Virus record (IMG/VR): IMGVR_UViG_3300024265_000033
Location: 57,066-121,065 of that record
Reading direction: 5' to 3' (one strand)
Length of the DNA: 64,000 nucleotides
From: a virus
A program made the translations under genes and the position numbers. Below the pieces are notes generated by a model that was not told the DNA's origin, ran no database searches, and saw only the letters and a list, made by a program, of their open reading frames with translations. Below, piece by piece: positions 17,313 to 27,216 of this stretch (its first letter is position 1; every line of letters begins with the position of its first letter).

Positions 17313-19320
17313 GTTTTCCGCCTTTAATTATTTGCATTTTAGGCCTGAGTCTTTTCATAGGGGCTTTGCCATACTTCTTGACCTGTTTCTTATCTTCTAC
17401 TTCTCTTAGTGCAATAGCTTTGGAATTCAGCTCATCGAATTGAGCCATGTCCGCATCTGTCATATCGACGAAGTCTTCTTTATCTGGCAAAAATTTGAGT
17501 AGGACTCTCTGTAGTTCTGTAATCTTATCCTTACTGGCTGTACTGTGACGGATTTTGGCATACTGAAAAGCGGTTACAAAGAAATTGTGGGCTTTACACT
17601 GATCTCTCAAACGGTTCAAGGGTCGCCACACTCCAATGATGTAATCTGAATACCATTCGAACTTCGACGATCCGAACGCTGCGTTCTTACCGATAGGGAT
17701 ATCGCCTTCTCCGTCTTTTGCCTTGGTAGTTTGAGATTGGACGATCAAAAAACAATCGAGTTTCTGGCTAAGTTTCTTCAGCACCTGACAGATTCCGTCT
17801 TTGGTCAAAATAACTCGTTTTTCGTTGACATATTTGGATACATAATTTGACTTGGCTGCATCAAAACTGGGTTTAACGGTTAGATTGAAATCCCCTTCCA
17901 CGGCATCTAAGTGATCGATGCACACAACTCCGGGCTTTTTGCCGAGTTCTTTGCAAGTATCTCGTACTATTTGATAGATATTTTGTATGTTGGGGCCAAT
18001 GTCGTTATCCTCATCCATGAAGTCTTCTGGGGAAATCACGAAAAGACGCTCATAATACTCAGTATTACCCCCTACGAGAGTCTCCCAGCGTTCCATTATC
18101 TCTGCGTCATTCATCTCTAGGTTAAAGTAGAAAAATATATCATCGCTGTCTGGATTGTTTCGTATGAATTCCTGAAAGATCTTTAATGTGATTGAGGTCT
18201 TACCTACCCCCGTTCCTGCGATCAATCCCAAGACTTGTTTTTTCCGCCATTTTTTATGCAGGGCATTTGTGTCCATGAAGTAGGGACCGTTTACCAAGTC
18301 TCCTACCTTGCTTGTTATACCCATCCTCTTCTTTTGCGCGGCACTCTTGACAGCCTTGCTGCCCTTCACTGAGGCCCATGCTTTAGTTATTGTTCCTATG
18401 GCGTAATCGTACCGGGCCTGTCCATTTTTAGTGAGAGCTTTTTGAGTCTGCATCATGACCTGAATAGCGTCAGACCTATCATAGTCGTAGTAGAATAAAA
18501 GATTGGCCAGAGCCAAGTCGGCAGACGATCTGTCCCCGTGTGTGGAAACAGGATCATAAAAAATACTATTGAGCTTCTGCCGCTTTTCTAAGTCTCTAAT
18601 AAAGCGGTCGGGAAGTTGATTGGGATCGAACAATGCTCCTAAGTCCGGGGCCTGATAACGACCTTCAATTTTATCTATATGTGTTTGAATATACTCTTCG
18701 TCTTTTTCCGTCAGTCGGGGTAGCAGATCCGCCAACTCAACTGCGGTGTACTCTCTATCTGAAGGTTCGAACCCTTTTGCGTATGCAGCCAACTTAAAAT
18801 TATCAGCCTGCTTTGTGTTGAAGTATCCGGGCATTCTCATCACTTGCCACACAGTCTTCACTGAGTCGTCGGTATCGAAGTGCTTAATTAAAAGTAGTTG
18901 GAGGGCTAAGAAAGTTTCTGAGTCATCTTCTAGGTCGGATATTTTCCAATAAGCATGTACTCCATTACCGGAATCAACTGCGTAGGTGGGTTTTAATTTG
19001 AATTTGTTTAATTTTTCTAGGAATTCGTCTTTGGTGTCATAGACTTCATCTTTCAAATCCATGTCCACATATACAAATGCAAAGTGATCGACGTCTCTAC
19101 CTGCAGTCCAGTATCCTACGGCTTTGGCTTCCGTGGGACTATTGGGCATAAAGTAGATGTTATACCCTAGATCGTTCTTTTCCTTTAAGAACTTGGGGGG
19201 AAAATCCGTGTCATCACCTTCATATGTATCCGGCCCTTTTATCTCCCTTACGAAGCGGGGATTGGGCTTTTTGTGAATCTTCGATTTACCCCAATCTGGT
19301 TTGATTAGCCTAAAACGCAT
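17302..19320 (-). CDS. primase-helicase (RepB/AEP-like primase plus DnaB-like helicase)
   Basis: VDMD, DSGNGVHAYW, MRMPG, DRSSAD; helicase GTGVGKT, LEM, CIDHL, QSQ. Confidence 0.85.
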   Translation of the reverse strand: MRFRLIKPDWGKSKIHKKPNPRFVREIKGPDTYEGDDTDFPPKFLKEKNDLGYNIYFMPNSPTEAKAVGYWTAGRDVDHFAFVYVDMDLKDEVYDTKDEFLEKLNKFKLKPTYAVDSGNGVHAYWKISDLEDDSETFLALQLLLIKHFDTDDSVKTVWQVMRMPGYFNTKQADNFKLAAYAKGFEPSDREYTAVELADLLPRLTEKDEEYIQTHIDKIEGRYQAPDLGALFDPNQLPDRFIRDLEKRQKLNSIFYDPVSTHGDRSSADLALANLLFYYDYDRSDAIQVMMQTQKALTKNGQARYDYAIGTITKAWASVKGSKAVKSAAQKKRMGITSKVGDLVNGPYFMDTNALHKKWRKKQVLGLIAGTGVGKTSITLKIFQEFIRNNPDSDDIFFYFNLEMNDAEIMERWETLVGGNTEYYERLFVISPEDFMDEDNDIGPNIQNIYQIVRDTCKELGKKPGVVCIDHLDAVEGDFNLTVKPSFDAAKSNYVSKYVNEKRVILTKDGICQVLKKLSQKLDCFLIVQSQTTKAKDGEGDIPIGKNAAFGSSKFEWYSDYIIGVWRPLNRLRDQCKAHNFFVTAFQYAKIRHSTASKDKITELQRVLLKFLPDKEDFVDMTDADMAQFDELNSKAIALREVEDKKQVKKYGKAPMKRLRPKMQIIKGGKHED

Positions 19321-19343
19321 TCGTTCCTACCTTTAGTAAAAAA

Positions 19344-19437
19344 TGGGCAGTTTTTACATGGAGATGCCCAGCTCCCCTAAGGGACAAAGAGACAACTTTC
19401 GCTAAGACGGTGGGGGAGGCTGCGAAAACTCCTCGTC
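19344..19437 (-). ncRNA. structured intergenic RNA with tandem H-type pseudoknots
   Basis: GGAG/CUCC with UGGGCA/UGCCCA; GGAG/CUCC with UUUUCGC/GCGAAAG; followed by a U6 tract. Confidence 0.5.
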
Positions 19438-19443
19438 CGATAA

Positions 19444-19752
19444 CTATTCTTCAGTCTCTTGTTCTTCTGCAGCATCTGGATTTGACAGATTTACAGAAAT
19501 ATTGTACTGTAGGTTCTTTGGCAGGTCTTTCTTAGCACCCGGAGCCTTCTTAGGCTCAAAGCAACTCAAGAAGTTGACCTTAAAATATTTCTCAGACTCT
19601 TTGTCTAGGAAATACAGTTCTCCGTGATAATCGTCCGCCGAAATATAGATTCTTTCTTCGTCCTTCTTATCCGTCCAGATTGCTCCGACTTTACGCCAAG
19701 TTGCATCTGACTTTCCTTTACTACTTTTCTTACCTTTTTTTGGTAATCCCAT
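19444..19752 (-). CDS. hypothetical protein, possible small ssDNA-binding protein
   Basis: WRKVGAIW beta motif, aromatic residues, acidic C-tail; upstream of primase-helicase. Confidence 0.45.
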   Translation of the reverse strand: MGLPKKGKKSSKGKSDATWRKVGAIWTDKKDEERIYISADDYHGELYFLDKESEKYFKVNFLSCFEPKKAPGAKKDLPKNLQYNISVNLSNPDAAEEQETEE

Positions 19753-19780
19753 GGTATTTTCCTCCTATCATAGGTACTTG

Positions 19781-20314
19781 TTATCTCTTCAAACTGGCAG
19801 TAGAATTTCCGCTACCAACTGAATTTGTCATCCCGTGTTTAGCCCTTAGTGCCGCAATTTTATCCGACACCGAAGACTCTTTTTTAGTTTCGACTGGAGC
19901 TTCCTCTTTTGCTTCTACTTCAACTGCAGGCTCTTCCGCCGCAGCTTCGCTAGGTTGAGCATCTGATTCATCCTCTTCCTGCGCTTTAGCACGATTCTTC
20001 TTCAGTCTCGCTAAACCTCTTAATCCTTTAGATTTCTTTTTGGCAGGCTCTGCCTTTGCTTCTACGGCCTCTGTCTCTTCTTTTTCTTCTACAGCTACCG
20101 TGGCTTCGCCATCAGCTTCCGACATGGCTACGAGTTCTGCTTTCTTGGCCTCTAAATTAGCTTCAACAAAAGCTTTCACTCGGGCAAGAGTATCTTCTGG
20201 CTTCTCTCCTTCTTGAACAGAAGAAGAAAACGAAATGTGACAGTCTGCGCTGCCGTAGTTTGGAAGTCCGACCTTAATAGTCAAACCATATGAAATTTTA
20301 TCTTGTGTTTCCAT
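19781..20314 (-). CDS. hypothetical phage protein with low-complexity E/A/K tail
   Basis: ORF with GGGAGG SD behind a promoter. Confidence 0.7.
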   Translation of the reverse strand: METQDKISYGLTIKVGLPNYGSADCHISFSSSVQEGEKPEDTLARVKAFVEANLEAKKAELVAMSEADGEATVAVEEKEETEAVEAKAEPAKKKSKGLRGLARLKKNRAKAQEEDESDAQPSEAAAEEPAVEVEAKEEAPVETKKESSVSDKIAALRAKHGMTNSVGSGNSTASLKR

Positions 20315-20331
20315 TTAAGCCTCCCATATTC

Positions 20332-20363
20332 TACAGTTTACTGTAAACTGTACGATTAGTCAA
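20332..20363 (-). promoter_or_regulatory. sigma70-like promoter TTGACT-N17-TAAACT overlapped by 21-bp palindrome
   Basis: TACAGTTTAC-T-GTAAACTGTA at 20332-20352 covers the -10. Confidence 0.65.
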
Positions 20364-20366
20364 TAC

Positions 20367-22010
20367 TTATTTCTTTTTCCTGCGCCACATACCTTTAATT
20401 GAATTCAAAAGCTGTCTAGAGCCGTTCGGGTATTGAACGATATTTGATTGCATCCAAGAAGATCCGCCTTTATTGAATCCTTGATCTAAAGGACCGTTTG
20501 TTCCCGTTTGCCATGCGTCTCTTAAAATTCCCGGAGTATGTGAATGTCCGATGTTACAGGCATGGTATTGCGCTTCATGATTCGCCAAGGAACCTCTTGA
20601 TCCGCTTGGGCCTAAATGACCGTGCGCTCCACATTCAATTCTGGATAGTCTGTAGGATTCGTCTTCTTTCAGCCATTTTGTTTTCCTTATGGCTGAGGGA
20701 CTCATGTATTTTTCTATACCGAATTGACAAGGCATCTTTCCTTCTATGGCAGCCTTAGTCAGTTCGCTGGCTGTTTTAAGATTATCTCGATCTTTGATCC
20801 AATCTCCGGACTCTAGCCAACGGAGTATGAAATCATCGTGGTTTGAGTAGGGAATAATACATCCGTGTGTTGCCCATGCTTGAACTTCTGAAATTTCGTC
20901 GGCAGTGATCTGCAACTCCGCATCCAGTTTTACGAGTCCTTCTTGGGCTAGAATTGCCTGAGTGATTCTTTTCTTCCTATCATGGTGTGAGATTGATTTA
21001 CCGTTGAAGACGTCATGAAGAAAGATATATTTAGGCTTCAGAAGGGCCGCTTGTTCTTTCGTGGCTTGCTTGGCTATAGGATCGGTTTCTCCTGCGTGCC
21101 AATCTCCGGCGATTATCGCCTCAGCGTCCATGCGAAAAACCTTGCCACTAGGTTTATAATAGTCGCCGAGATCCACGAAATTTCCTGATTTTGGCTCCGC
21201 TTGGATTTGTCTGAAGTGGTAGTGGTCATTAGCGTCTATCTCCACAATTATTGCGCCCATCTTGTGATCGTAATCTGCTAGGTACGCGGTTCTTTGCGAC
21301 ATATATCTGTCGGTATCGTAAGTAGGAACTGTAATAGCTCCCGTTCCCATAGAAACGTGAGGAAGTTTATGCTTTTGGTTGGCAATAGGGCGCATTCTCT
21401 GTTTCGGAGATCCGAAAATGAATGAACAGTCTCTACCAATTCTACCCAATCCTGTGGTAGGGTCAATTTGTTTCGCGCTCATCATAATGCCGCTGATATA
21501 AATATTTGAATTCAAAGCTAAATCACCGAAAACTAAACTGTCGTTGGGGATCTTACTATCTAGTTCGAATCCTACATTGTTTCCATTTACTGCTTTAGAT
21601 GCAGGATCTTTGACGGGAATGACTAAGAGCTTGGCGTTATTCTTTTCACAGTAACTATTGAGACTCTTTAGGAATTTTTCATGTACGGGGGCTCCACCTA
21701 CAGCACATGTGACCACAAACCTATTATATTTGGCTGCAGATTCCTCAATTTTGGCAAAGTTTTTCTTATTGAATAGCGTTTCGTCAATGATATTCTCGAA
21801 AACCTTTGGGTACGCTTCCCGAGCAGCTTCTTTCATGTCTCGAACAGTCTCGAAAAGGTGACGCACAGTATTACGAGTAACGCCTAATTTCTGTAGATCT
21901 GCTTCTGTGGGATTTCTCTTGTTTTTACGCACAAAAGTAGCATAAAGCTTTAAGATCTTTGCTTGTTTCTGTTCTCTTGTAAGTATTTTTTTCTTTTGTT
22001 TTTTAGCCAT
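20367..22010 (-). CDS. large-phage protein with C-terminal metallophosphoesterase-like domain
   Basis: GDWHAG, HD, NHD, HGH, GHSH motifs; basic helical N-terminus. Confidence 0.7.
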   Translation of the reverse strand: MAKKQKKKILTREQKQAKILKLYATFVRKNKRNPTEADLQKLGVTRNTVRHLFETVRDMKEAAREAYPKVFENIIDETLFNKKNFAKIEESAAKYNRFVVTCAVGGAPVHEKFLKSLNSYCEKNNAKLLVIPVKDPASKAVNGNNVGFELDSKIPNDSLVFGDLALNSNIYISGIMMSAKQIDPTTGLGRIGRDCSFIFGSPKQRMRPIANQKHKLPHVSMGTGAITVPTYDTDRYMSQRTAYLADYDHKMGAIIVEIDANDHYHFRQIQAEPKSGNFVDLGDYYKPSGKVFRMDAEAIIAGDWHAGETDPIAKQATKEQAALLKPKYIFLHDVFNGKSISHHDRKKRITQAILAQEGLVKLDAELQITADEISEVQAWATHGCIIPYSNHDDFILRWLESGDWIKDRDNLKTASELTKAAIEGKMPCQFGIEKYMSPSAIRKTKWLKEDESYRLSRIECGAHGHLGPSGSRGSLANHEAQYHACNIGHSHTPGILRDAWQTGTNGPLDQGFNKGGSSWMQSNIVQYPNGSRQLLNSIKGMWRRKKK

Positions 22011-22469
22011 CTATGCCCCTGACGATCCGAAGCCGTCCGAGCCTCTTATAGTTTTAGAAAGTTCTTCTACTTCCTCTAATTCTACCATAGGATAGGGCAT
22101 TATGAGTAATTGAAGGGTTCGGTCCCCTTTTGCATATAGCTTGAGTTCTCTATCTCTTCGGGCTTCAAACAGACTAAGTCCTACGGCGGAAAAATCAAAT
22201 ACAGCTTTAATTTCTCCCCGGTATCCGGAGTCTACTACTCCAACACAATTAGTCAATCGAAGATCCGTTTTATAAATAGAAGACCTTGGGAATAGGAAAC
22301 CTACATGACCTTCTGGAATTTCTATAGCAAGACCTGTTCCGTAAATAAGTTGCCCCTTCTTTTCATCTAGGAATTTAGAGACTACTGTCAAGTCTAGCCC
22401 TGCATCTCCGGGCTTTGCATATTTTGGTACGACCGCATTAGGGTCGAGCTTCTTGATACGAACTTTCAT
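22011..22469 (-). CDS. dut: trimeric dUTPase
   Basis: AGLDL, PRSS, GVVDSGYRGEI, Q, RGSDGFGSSG. Confidence 0.95.
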   Translation of the reverse strand: MKVRIKKLDPNAVVPKYAKPGDAGLDLTVVSKFLDEKKGQLIYGTGLAIEIPEGHVGFLFPRSSIYKTDLRLTNCVGVVDSGYRGEIKAVFDFSAVGLSLFEARRDRELKLYAKGDRTLQLLIMPYPMVELEEVEELSKTIRGSDGFGSSGA

Positions 22470-22473
22470 CTGA

Positions 22474-23064
22474 TTATCCTTTTCGCTTTACTATGTTGAC
22501 CTCAAGTTGAGATAACACAAACCCCGCCATGTTGAAGATAATATCAGTCTGATTGGGATTAGCAGGCCTATTTCCTTTAAGGGCCTTGTTGAATACTCCG
22601 TTCATGTACCAAGCTTTATTGTACTCGTCTAGGAGTGGTACATTTTCCATAATAACTTTGCGCGCAAAACTCAGCTCGGTATTGAAATAAATTTTTGAAA
22701 TTTCTCCGCCCAAAGAACTGATATTATTGCGGTGCTTTTTGGTGAGTTGTTTGGTGCGAATGAAGTGCGCTACGATGCTCTCGATTTCAGACTGTCCTAC
22801 ATAATCCAAAAGATTGCGATGCTTCATCACCCATTCTAAGTGTTTTTCCAACTCATTCTTCAAACGGGGTTGTACTGTATTGAGTTCTGCTTCCTCTCGA
22901 AGAATAAATAGATCGGGCATAATGGGATGGCACAGAAGAACTTTGTCGTCTGTCATTCCTGCGACTATATAGGTATTTGAGAAGGTGCTGAATTCGTCTA
23001 GCTGCACCGTCACAATTTCGCCTTTTTCTATCAAGGTTGATTCCTCCATCTTATCAGTACCCAT
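22474..23064 (-). CDS. hypothetical protein
   Basis: 196-aa ORF; TTGACA upstream at ~23087-23092. Confidence 0.65.
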   Translation of the reverse strand: MGTDKMEESTLIEKGEIVTVQLDEFSTFSNTYIVAGMTDDKVLLCHPIMPDLFILREEAELNTVQPRLKNELEKHLEWVMKHRNLLDYVGQSEIESIVAHFIRTKQLTKKHRNNISSLGGEISKIYFNTELSFARKVIMENVPLLDEYNKAWYMNGVFNKALKGNRPANPNQTDIIFNMAGFVLSQLEVNIVKRKG

Positions 23065-23096
23065 TATTACCTACTTTCAGTCTAATGTCAAGCTAT

Positions 23097-24740
23097 TTAC
23101 GAGCCACATGATCCGGATCTAGTAAGGTCGCACAAATCTATAGTCTCTTCAAATACTTGGCCTTCATGCTTCATTGCTGTGGAGAACTTCACAGGAGTCA
23201 GAGGTTGACCTCCTCGGGAGCCATCAGGATATGCTGTGATGCCTCTCAGTTGTGGCAAATACTTCATCAGAATTTTGCCATATTTTTGAACTGTTTTGTC
23301 ATTGTTCATTTCCGTGCCCCATGCTGGAAGATTGATTGTAGAGGATATCGCGTGATCCACATATTGCTGAACCCATGCCTGAAAAGAGACTCTGCGCTCC
23401 AGATCAATGCTATAGGCGTCCTCGATGTCATCTGGGTTGATTCCCTCGTTCACGAGCTTCCTAGTAATGGGATCAATAACATACTGATGCTTCCATGTTT
23501 TGTGCTTGAGATATCTACGTTTATAGGCCGCACAGAAAATAGGTTCGATCCCTGTCGTGGTTTCTGCCAAGATACCAATACTTCCTGTAGGAGCAATTGC
23601 CCGGGTCTTTACCGGCACACTGAGATCCCATTTTTCTGCATACTCTTCTGCACGTTCTCCACTCTTTGCATACACTTTCAAATACTCTTCCAGCTCAGCG
23701 TCGGGACCGTACTTCTTACCTCGTAAGAGAAGCCATTCGTGAATCCCCATTAGTCCTAATCCAAGCCTTCTGTTTTTTGTACGAATTTGGTCCACTTTAG
23801 TATAAGGTACGTCACTGTAAACTGTGCCAGCAAGTAAAAAAGCAGTTGCCAACTCAACGCACCGTGCCATGTCATCGATATCGTGAATCCGAGCCAAATT
23901 AAGGCTGCCAAGATTGCAAATATCCGAGTCATCGCAAGAAGAAACTTCAGTACAAGCGTTTCGAAGGGTTTCATTTCTATTCACTCCCGTATCGACGCTG
24001 AATCCGGGCTCTCCCGTTTCTAGCATTTGTTTAAGAGTCTCGCTGTATACAGCTCTGGCGTGGCCGTGAAGCTTATGCTTATCGTCATTATACGCCTCAA
24101 AAAACTCATCGTCAAGTAAAATCGACACGTTAGTCATATCCATTGGGGCCGGAAAATTGAAATCCTTCTCTTTGAGCTTTTTGACCTCTGGCATCCAATC
24201 TTTGATATGTATGAATTTTAGAGCGTCTGGATGCTTCCAGTTTAATCCCGCCCAGATAGCAGCTCTACGGCTTCCGCCCTGCATAATCCCCCGACCTGCT
24301 TCATTTTCCATCTGCATAAGAGCGAGGGGTCCTGTCGCATAGCCTCCTGTTTTTCTGATCTTTTTTCCCTCAGCACGAATGTCTGAATAATCAATGCCTA
24401 TTCCGGCTCCGGTCATAAGAGCCATGGCGGATTTATGTAGTAGGTCTGCCCAACCTTCTCTAGAATCCTCGGCTCTCAGTAATAGACAATTTTGTACTTG
24501 ATGAAAAGGTCGGCCTGCAGAGTACAGATATCTACCTGCAGGTATGAATTTCCGTTCTAAAATCATTTGATAAATTGCTTTTGCTAGGGGATCTGTCATC
24601 TTTATCCCAACCGCTCGCATCACATGCTTCGTTACTCTCCAAGCTACGTTCTTCCACTCTGTTTCGCCCTTTTCCTTCCATAGATATTTCTGATCTAATA
24701 CTGTACCGGCGAAGGTGCCCATCACGTTGCTTTGTCTCAT
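23097..24740 (-). CDS. nrdJ: ribonucleotide reductase, probably class II (B12-dependent)
   Basis: PAGR, QNC, GEPG, NACTE, CNLGS, APTG, SSTIN, C-terminal Cys pair; no small subunit adjacent. Confidence 0.85.
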   Translation of the reverse strand: MRQSNVMGTFAGTVLDQKYLWKEKGETEWKNVAWRVTKHVMRAVGIKMTDPLAKAIYQMILERKFIPAGRYLYSAGRPFHQVQNCLLLRAEDSREGWADLLHKSAMALMTGAGIGIDYSDIRAEGKKIRKTGGYATGPLALMQMENEAGRGIMQGGSRRAAIWAGLNWKHPDALKFIHIKDWMPEVKKLKEKDFNFPAPMDMTNVSILLDDEFFEAYNDDKHKLHGHARAVYSETLKQMLETGEPGFSVDTGVNRNETLRNACTEVSSCDDSDICNLGSLNLARIHDIDDMARCVELATAFLLAGTVYSDVPYTKVDQIRTKNRRLGLGLMGIHEWLLLRGKKYGPDAELEEYLKVYAKSGERAEEYAEKWDLSVPVKTRAIAPTGSIGILAETTTGIEPIFCAAYKRRYLKHKTWKHQYVIDPITRKLVNEGINPDDIEDAYSIDLERRVSFQAWVQQYVDHAISSTINLPAWGTEMNNDKTVQKYGKILMKYLPQLRGITAYPDGSRGGQPLTPVKFSTAMKHEGQVFEETIDLCDLTRSGSCGS

Positions 24741-24826
24741 AGAGTCTCCTACATTTTTTGGATTTGTTAGCGGATTTCATTCTTCTTATTATACAACTTT
24801 TTTCAGAATTTGGAAACAAGGGATTT

Positions 24827-25147
24827 CTATTTTGTAATTCTTTTTCTGTACCGACAAGACTGGCAAACGTCGAGAAAAAATTTAGGAAAATCTAATCTTT
24901 TTAGAGGACCTTCGCAGTCTTTTTCCGGACAACTTGGTTCGTTTGAAATAGGAGGGTGTGCCAACTCAACTTCATTTATGAGAGCCTCGTAATCTTCTTC
25001 CACATTGCGTTGTTTATTTCGTTCTTTTCTGACAGCTTTGAGAGCTTTCGTCAATCGACGAATTGTGGCCCTTTGTTCCTGAATGATGTCCTGCTCTGTG
25101 TACTCTTGGGTGTCCTGTCTAGTGGATTTACCCCTATACTTCGACAT
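24827..25147 (-). CDS. coiled-coil plus Zn-ribbon hypothetical protein
   Basis: CPEKDC...CQSC. Confidence 0.6.
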   Translation of the reverse strand: MSKYRGKSTRQDTQEYTEQDIIQEQRATIRRLTKALKAVRKERNKQRNVEEDYEALINEVELAHPPISNEPSCPEKDCEGPLKRLDFPKFFLDVCQSCRYRKRITK

Positions 25148-25201
25148 GGTATCCGCCTTCTTAATATTAATTATATCAGATTCGAGGGGTGCGGGAAAAA
25201 C

Positions 25202-26848
25202 CTATTTATCTCGCGTATATACAATACCCCCGCCACAGGTACTCAGGAGAGCCGCTATGGATGTGGCATTCTTGAGGGCGGTTTTAGTAACTTTGACCGG
25301 ATCGAGGATTCCAGCATCGTAGGCGTTAACCATCTCTTTGTTTCGCGCATCATAAGTAAATCCTTTTTTGTTTTTAGCACACAATTTTGAGAGGATCTCC
25401 CGAGGCTCTTGACCAATATTCTCAAGGATTTGATCGAAAGGTGCTAGGAGTGCATTAGCTAAAATCTTTTGCCCTACTGTAGCACTCGCTTGGCCCCCCG
25501 CTAAAAGCTCTCTTGCGGCCCTGCAAAGCGTTATACCGCCTCCGGGTATAACTCCGTCCGAAATAGCCGCTCTGGCAGCGTTCAGGGCATCCTCAATACG
25601 TTGATACCGTTCTTTGACTTCCATGTCAGTCTCTCCTCCAACCCCGATTTTGGCAATTCCTTGCCCAAGAGCTGCTATTCTATCCCTGAGATTCCCGGCA
25701 TCATAAGGACTTTCAGCATTTTCTTGCTGAGCCTTTAACTGTTTAATTCTATCAAGAACTTCTTCTTCACTTCCGTCGCCATCGTAGAAGGTAGTCGTAT
25801 ATTTGGATACTACTACGCGCTCGACATATCCTATGTCATCAATCTCCACGCTTTGAAGATTGCGGCTTCCATTTCCTAGGCGTTGGCCATCGAGCATCAC
25901 GGCCATATCATCCATCATAGCCGTTCTCACTGAGGACATATGCGGAGACTTCGCGGCACAAACGGTCATACCGCCTTGTGCTCTTTGGATCAAAAGGAAT
26001 TGAATAGCTTCTGGAGAAAATTCATCAGCTACAAACAATACTGGAGGCATGGTAGGCTTCTTACCTTCTTCTACAGCCTTTGCTTTGGAATGATCTGCAA
26101 TACACTGTAGTGGGGGAATCAAATCTGAATGGCTTCTAATGGCTCCATTATATAAAACAACGTAACAATTTTCAGCTTCAAATCGATCCTTGGATTCATT
26201 GTTGAAAAATCTATCTTGGGCTTCTGCGCCTCGATTGATTTGAAATCCGTCTACAATTTTGATCTCGGTTTCTGCCGAAGAACCCTCATCTACTGTGATG
26301 ACTCCTTCAGAACCTACTTCATCCATGGCCTGTCTGATAATTTTACCAATTTCGGCATCCCCATTAGCGGAGATTGTGGCTACTTCTTCGATTTTTTGAA
26401 GATCGTCCTTTATAGGACTCGTATAAGAATCTAAAATTTCCATAGTTTGTCGGGAAGCGGCTTCAACGCTTTCTCGAACTAGTTGAGGATTCAAATCGCC
26501 TTCTTTAATAGCCGCAAAACTTTCTTTCAAAATGGCGGCTCCTAATACGATGGCAGTAGTGGTACCGTCTCCGGCAGTTTTGTCAGTCCCTTTACAGATG
26601 GCCTTGACGGCCTGAATAATGATATCAGTTTCTGGCTTAGAGTCGGAACATTCTTCCGCGACTGTTACTCCATCTTTCGTCTGGAGCGGCATCAGAGGAG
26701 ATCCGTCTAAAGCCTGCCCGGTTCGCTCAAGAACTATGGTAAGGCCGCCCGGGCCTAGAGTTCTTTTTACAATACTGGCGATCTTTTCAATGCCTTCTTG
26801 CACATGTTGAATCATCTCTTCTTTATGAACAATCTTTTTATCACGCAT
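25202..26848 (-). CDS. groEL: GroEL-like chaperonin
   Basis: TLGPGG, TKDGVTVA, AGDGTTTA, ISANGD, EDALNAARAA, PGGG, GILDPVKV; ATG 26848 after GGAGGA. Confidence 0.95.
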   Translation of the reverse strand: MRDKKIVHKEEMIQHVQEGIEKIASIVKRTLGPGGLTIVLERTGQALDGSPLMPLQTKDGVTVAEECSDSKPETDIIIQAVKAICKGTDKTAGDGTTTAIVLGAAILKESFAAIKEGDLNPQLVRESVEAASRQTMEILDSYTSPIKDDLQKIEEVATISANGDAEIGKIIRQAMDEVGSEGVITVDEGSSAETEIKIVDGFQINRGAEAQDRFFNNESKDRFEAENCYVVLYNGAIRSHSDLIPPLQCIADHSKAKAVEEGKKPTMPPVLFVADEFSPEAIQFLLIQRAQGGMTVCAAKSPHMSSVRTAMMDDMAVMLDGQRLGNGSRNLQSVEIDDIGYVERVVVSKYTTTFYDGDGSEEEVLDRIKQLKAQQENAESPYDAGNLRDRIAALGQGIAKIGVGGETDMEVKERYQRIEDALNAARAAISDGVIPGGGITLCRAARELLAGGQASATVGQKILANALLAPFDQILENIGQEPREILSKLCAKNKKGFTYDARNKEMVNAYDAGILDPVKVTKTALKNATSIAALLSTCGGGIVYTRDK

Positions 26849-27216
26849 TAAAATTCCTCCTGAGAATAAATCTTCTCTTTCTATCCTACGACAGATGAGT
26901 GTGGGAGTCAAGGTCTTTTATAAAAAGAGCCACACTAATTCGGATATGTGGCATCAGAAATGGAAAGTCGAAAGATTTTTCGTCGTTTTTTCTTGACTTT
27001 CGATCAAAAATATGATAGTTTTGGAGAAAAATCTGAATTACTATAAAATATCTGTTTCTCTTTTCGTAATGCTATGTAATATCGTAATGCTATATTCTTT
27101 TTACTTAGATACAACATGTTCGAATGAATGTCGAGTGAAACGAGACGAAATGAGAATATGTTTACTATAGTAATTCTATACGCCAAATCCGATCTTTTCA
27201 GTACAGTAAACCTTTC

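Noticed and set aside
19380-19440. HDV-like/theta ribozyme
   Set aside because: CAGCCUCC resembles HDV but no P3 pairing or J4/2 arrangement could be built
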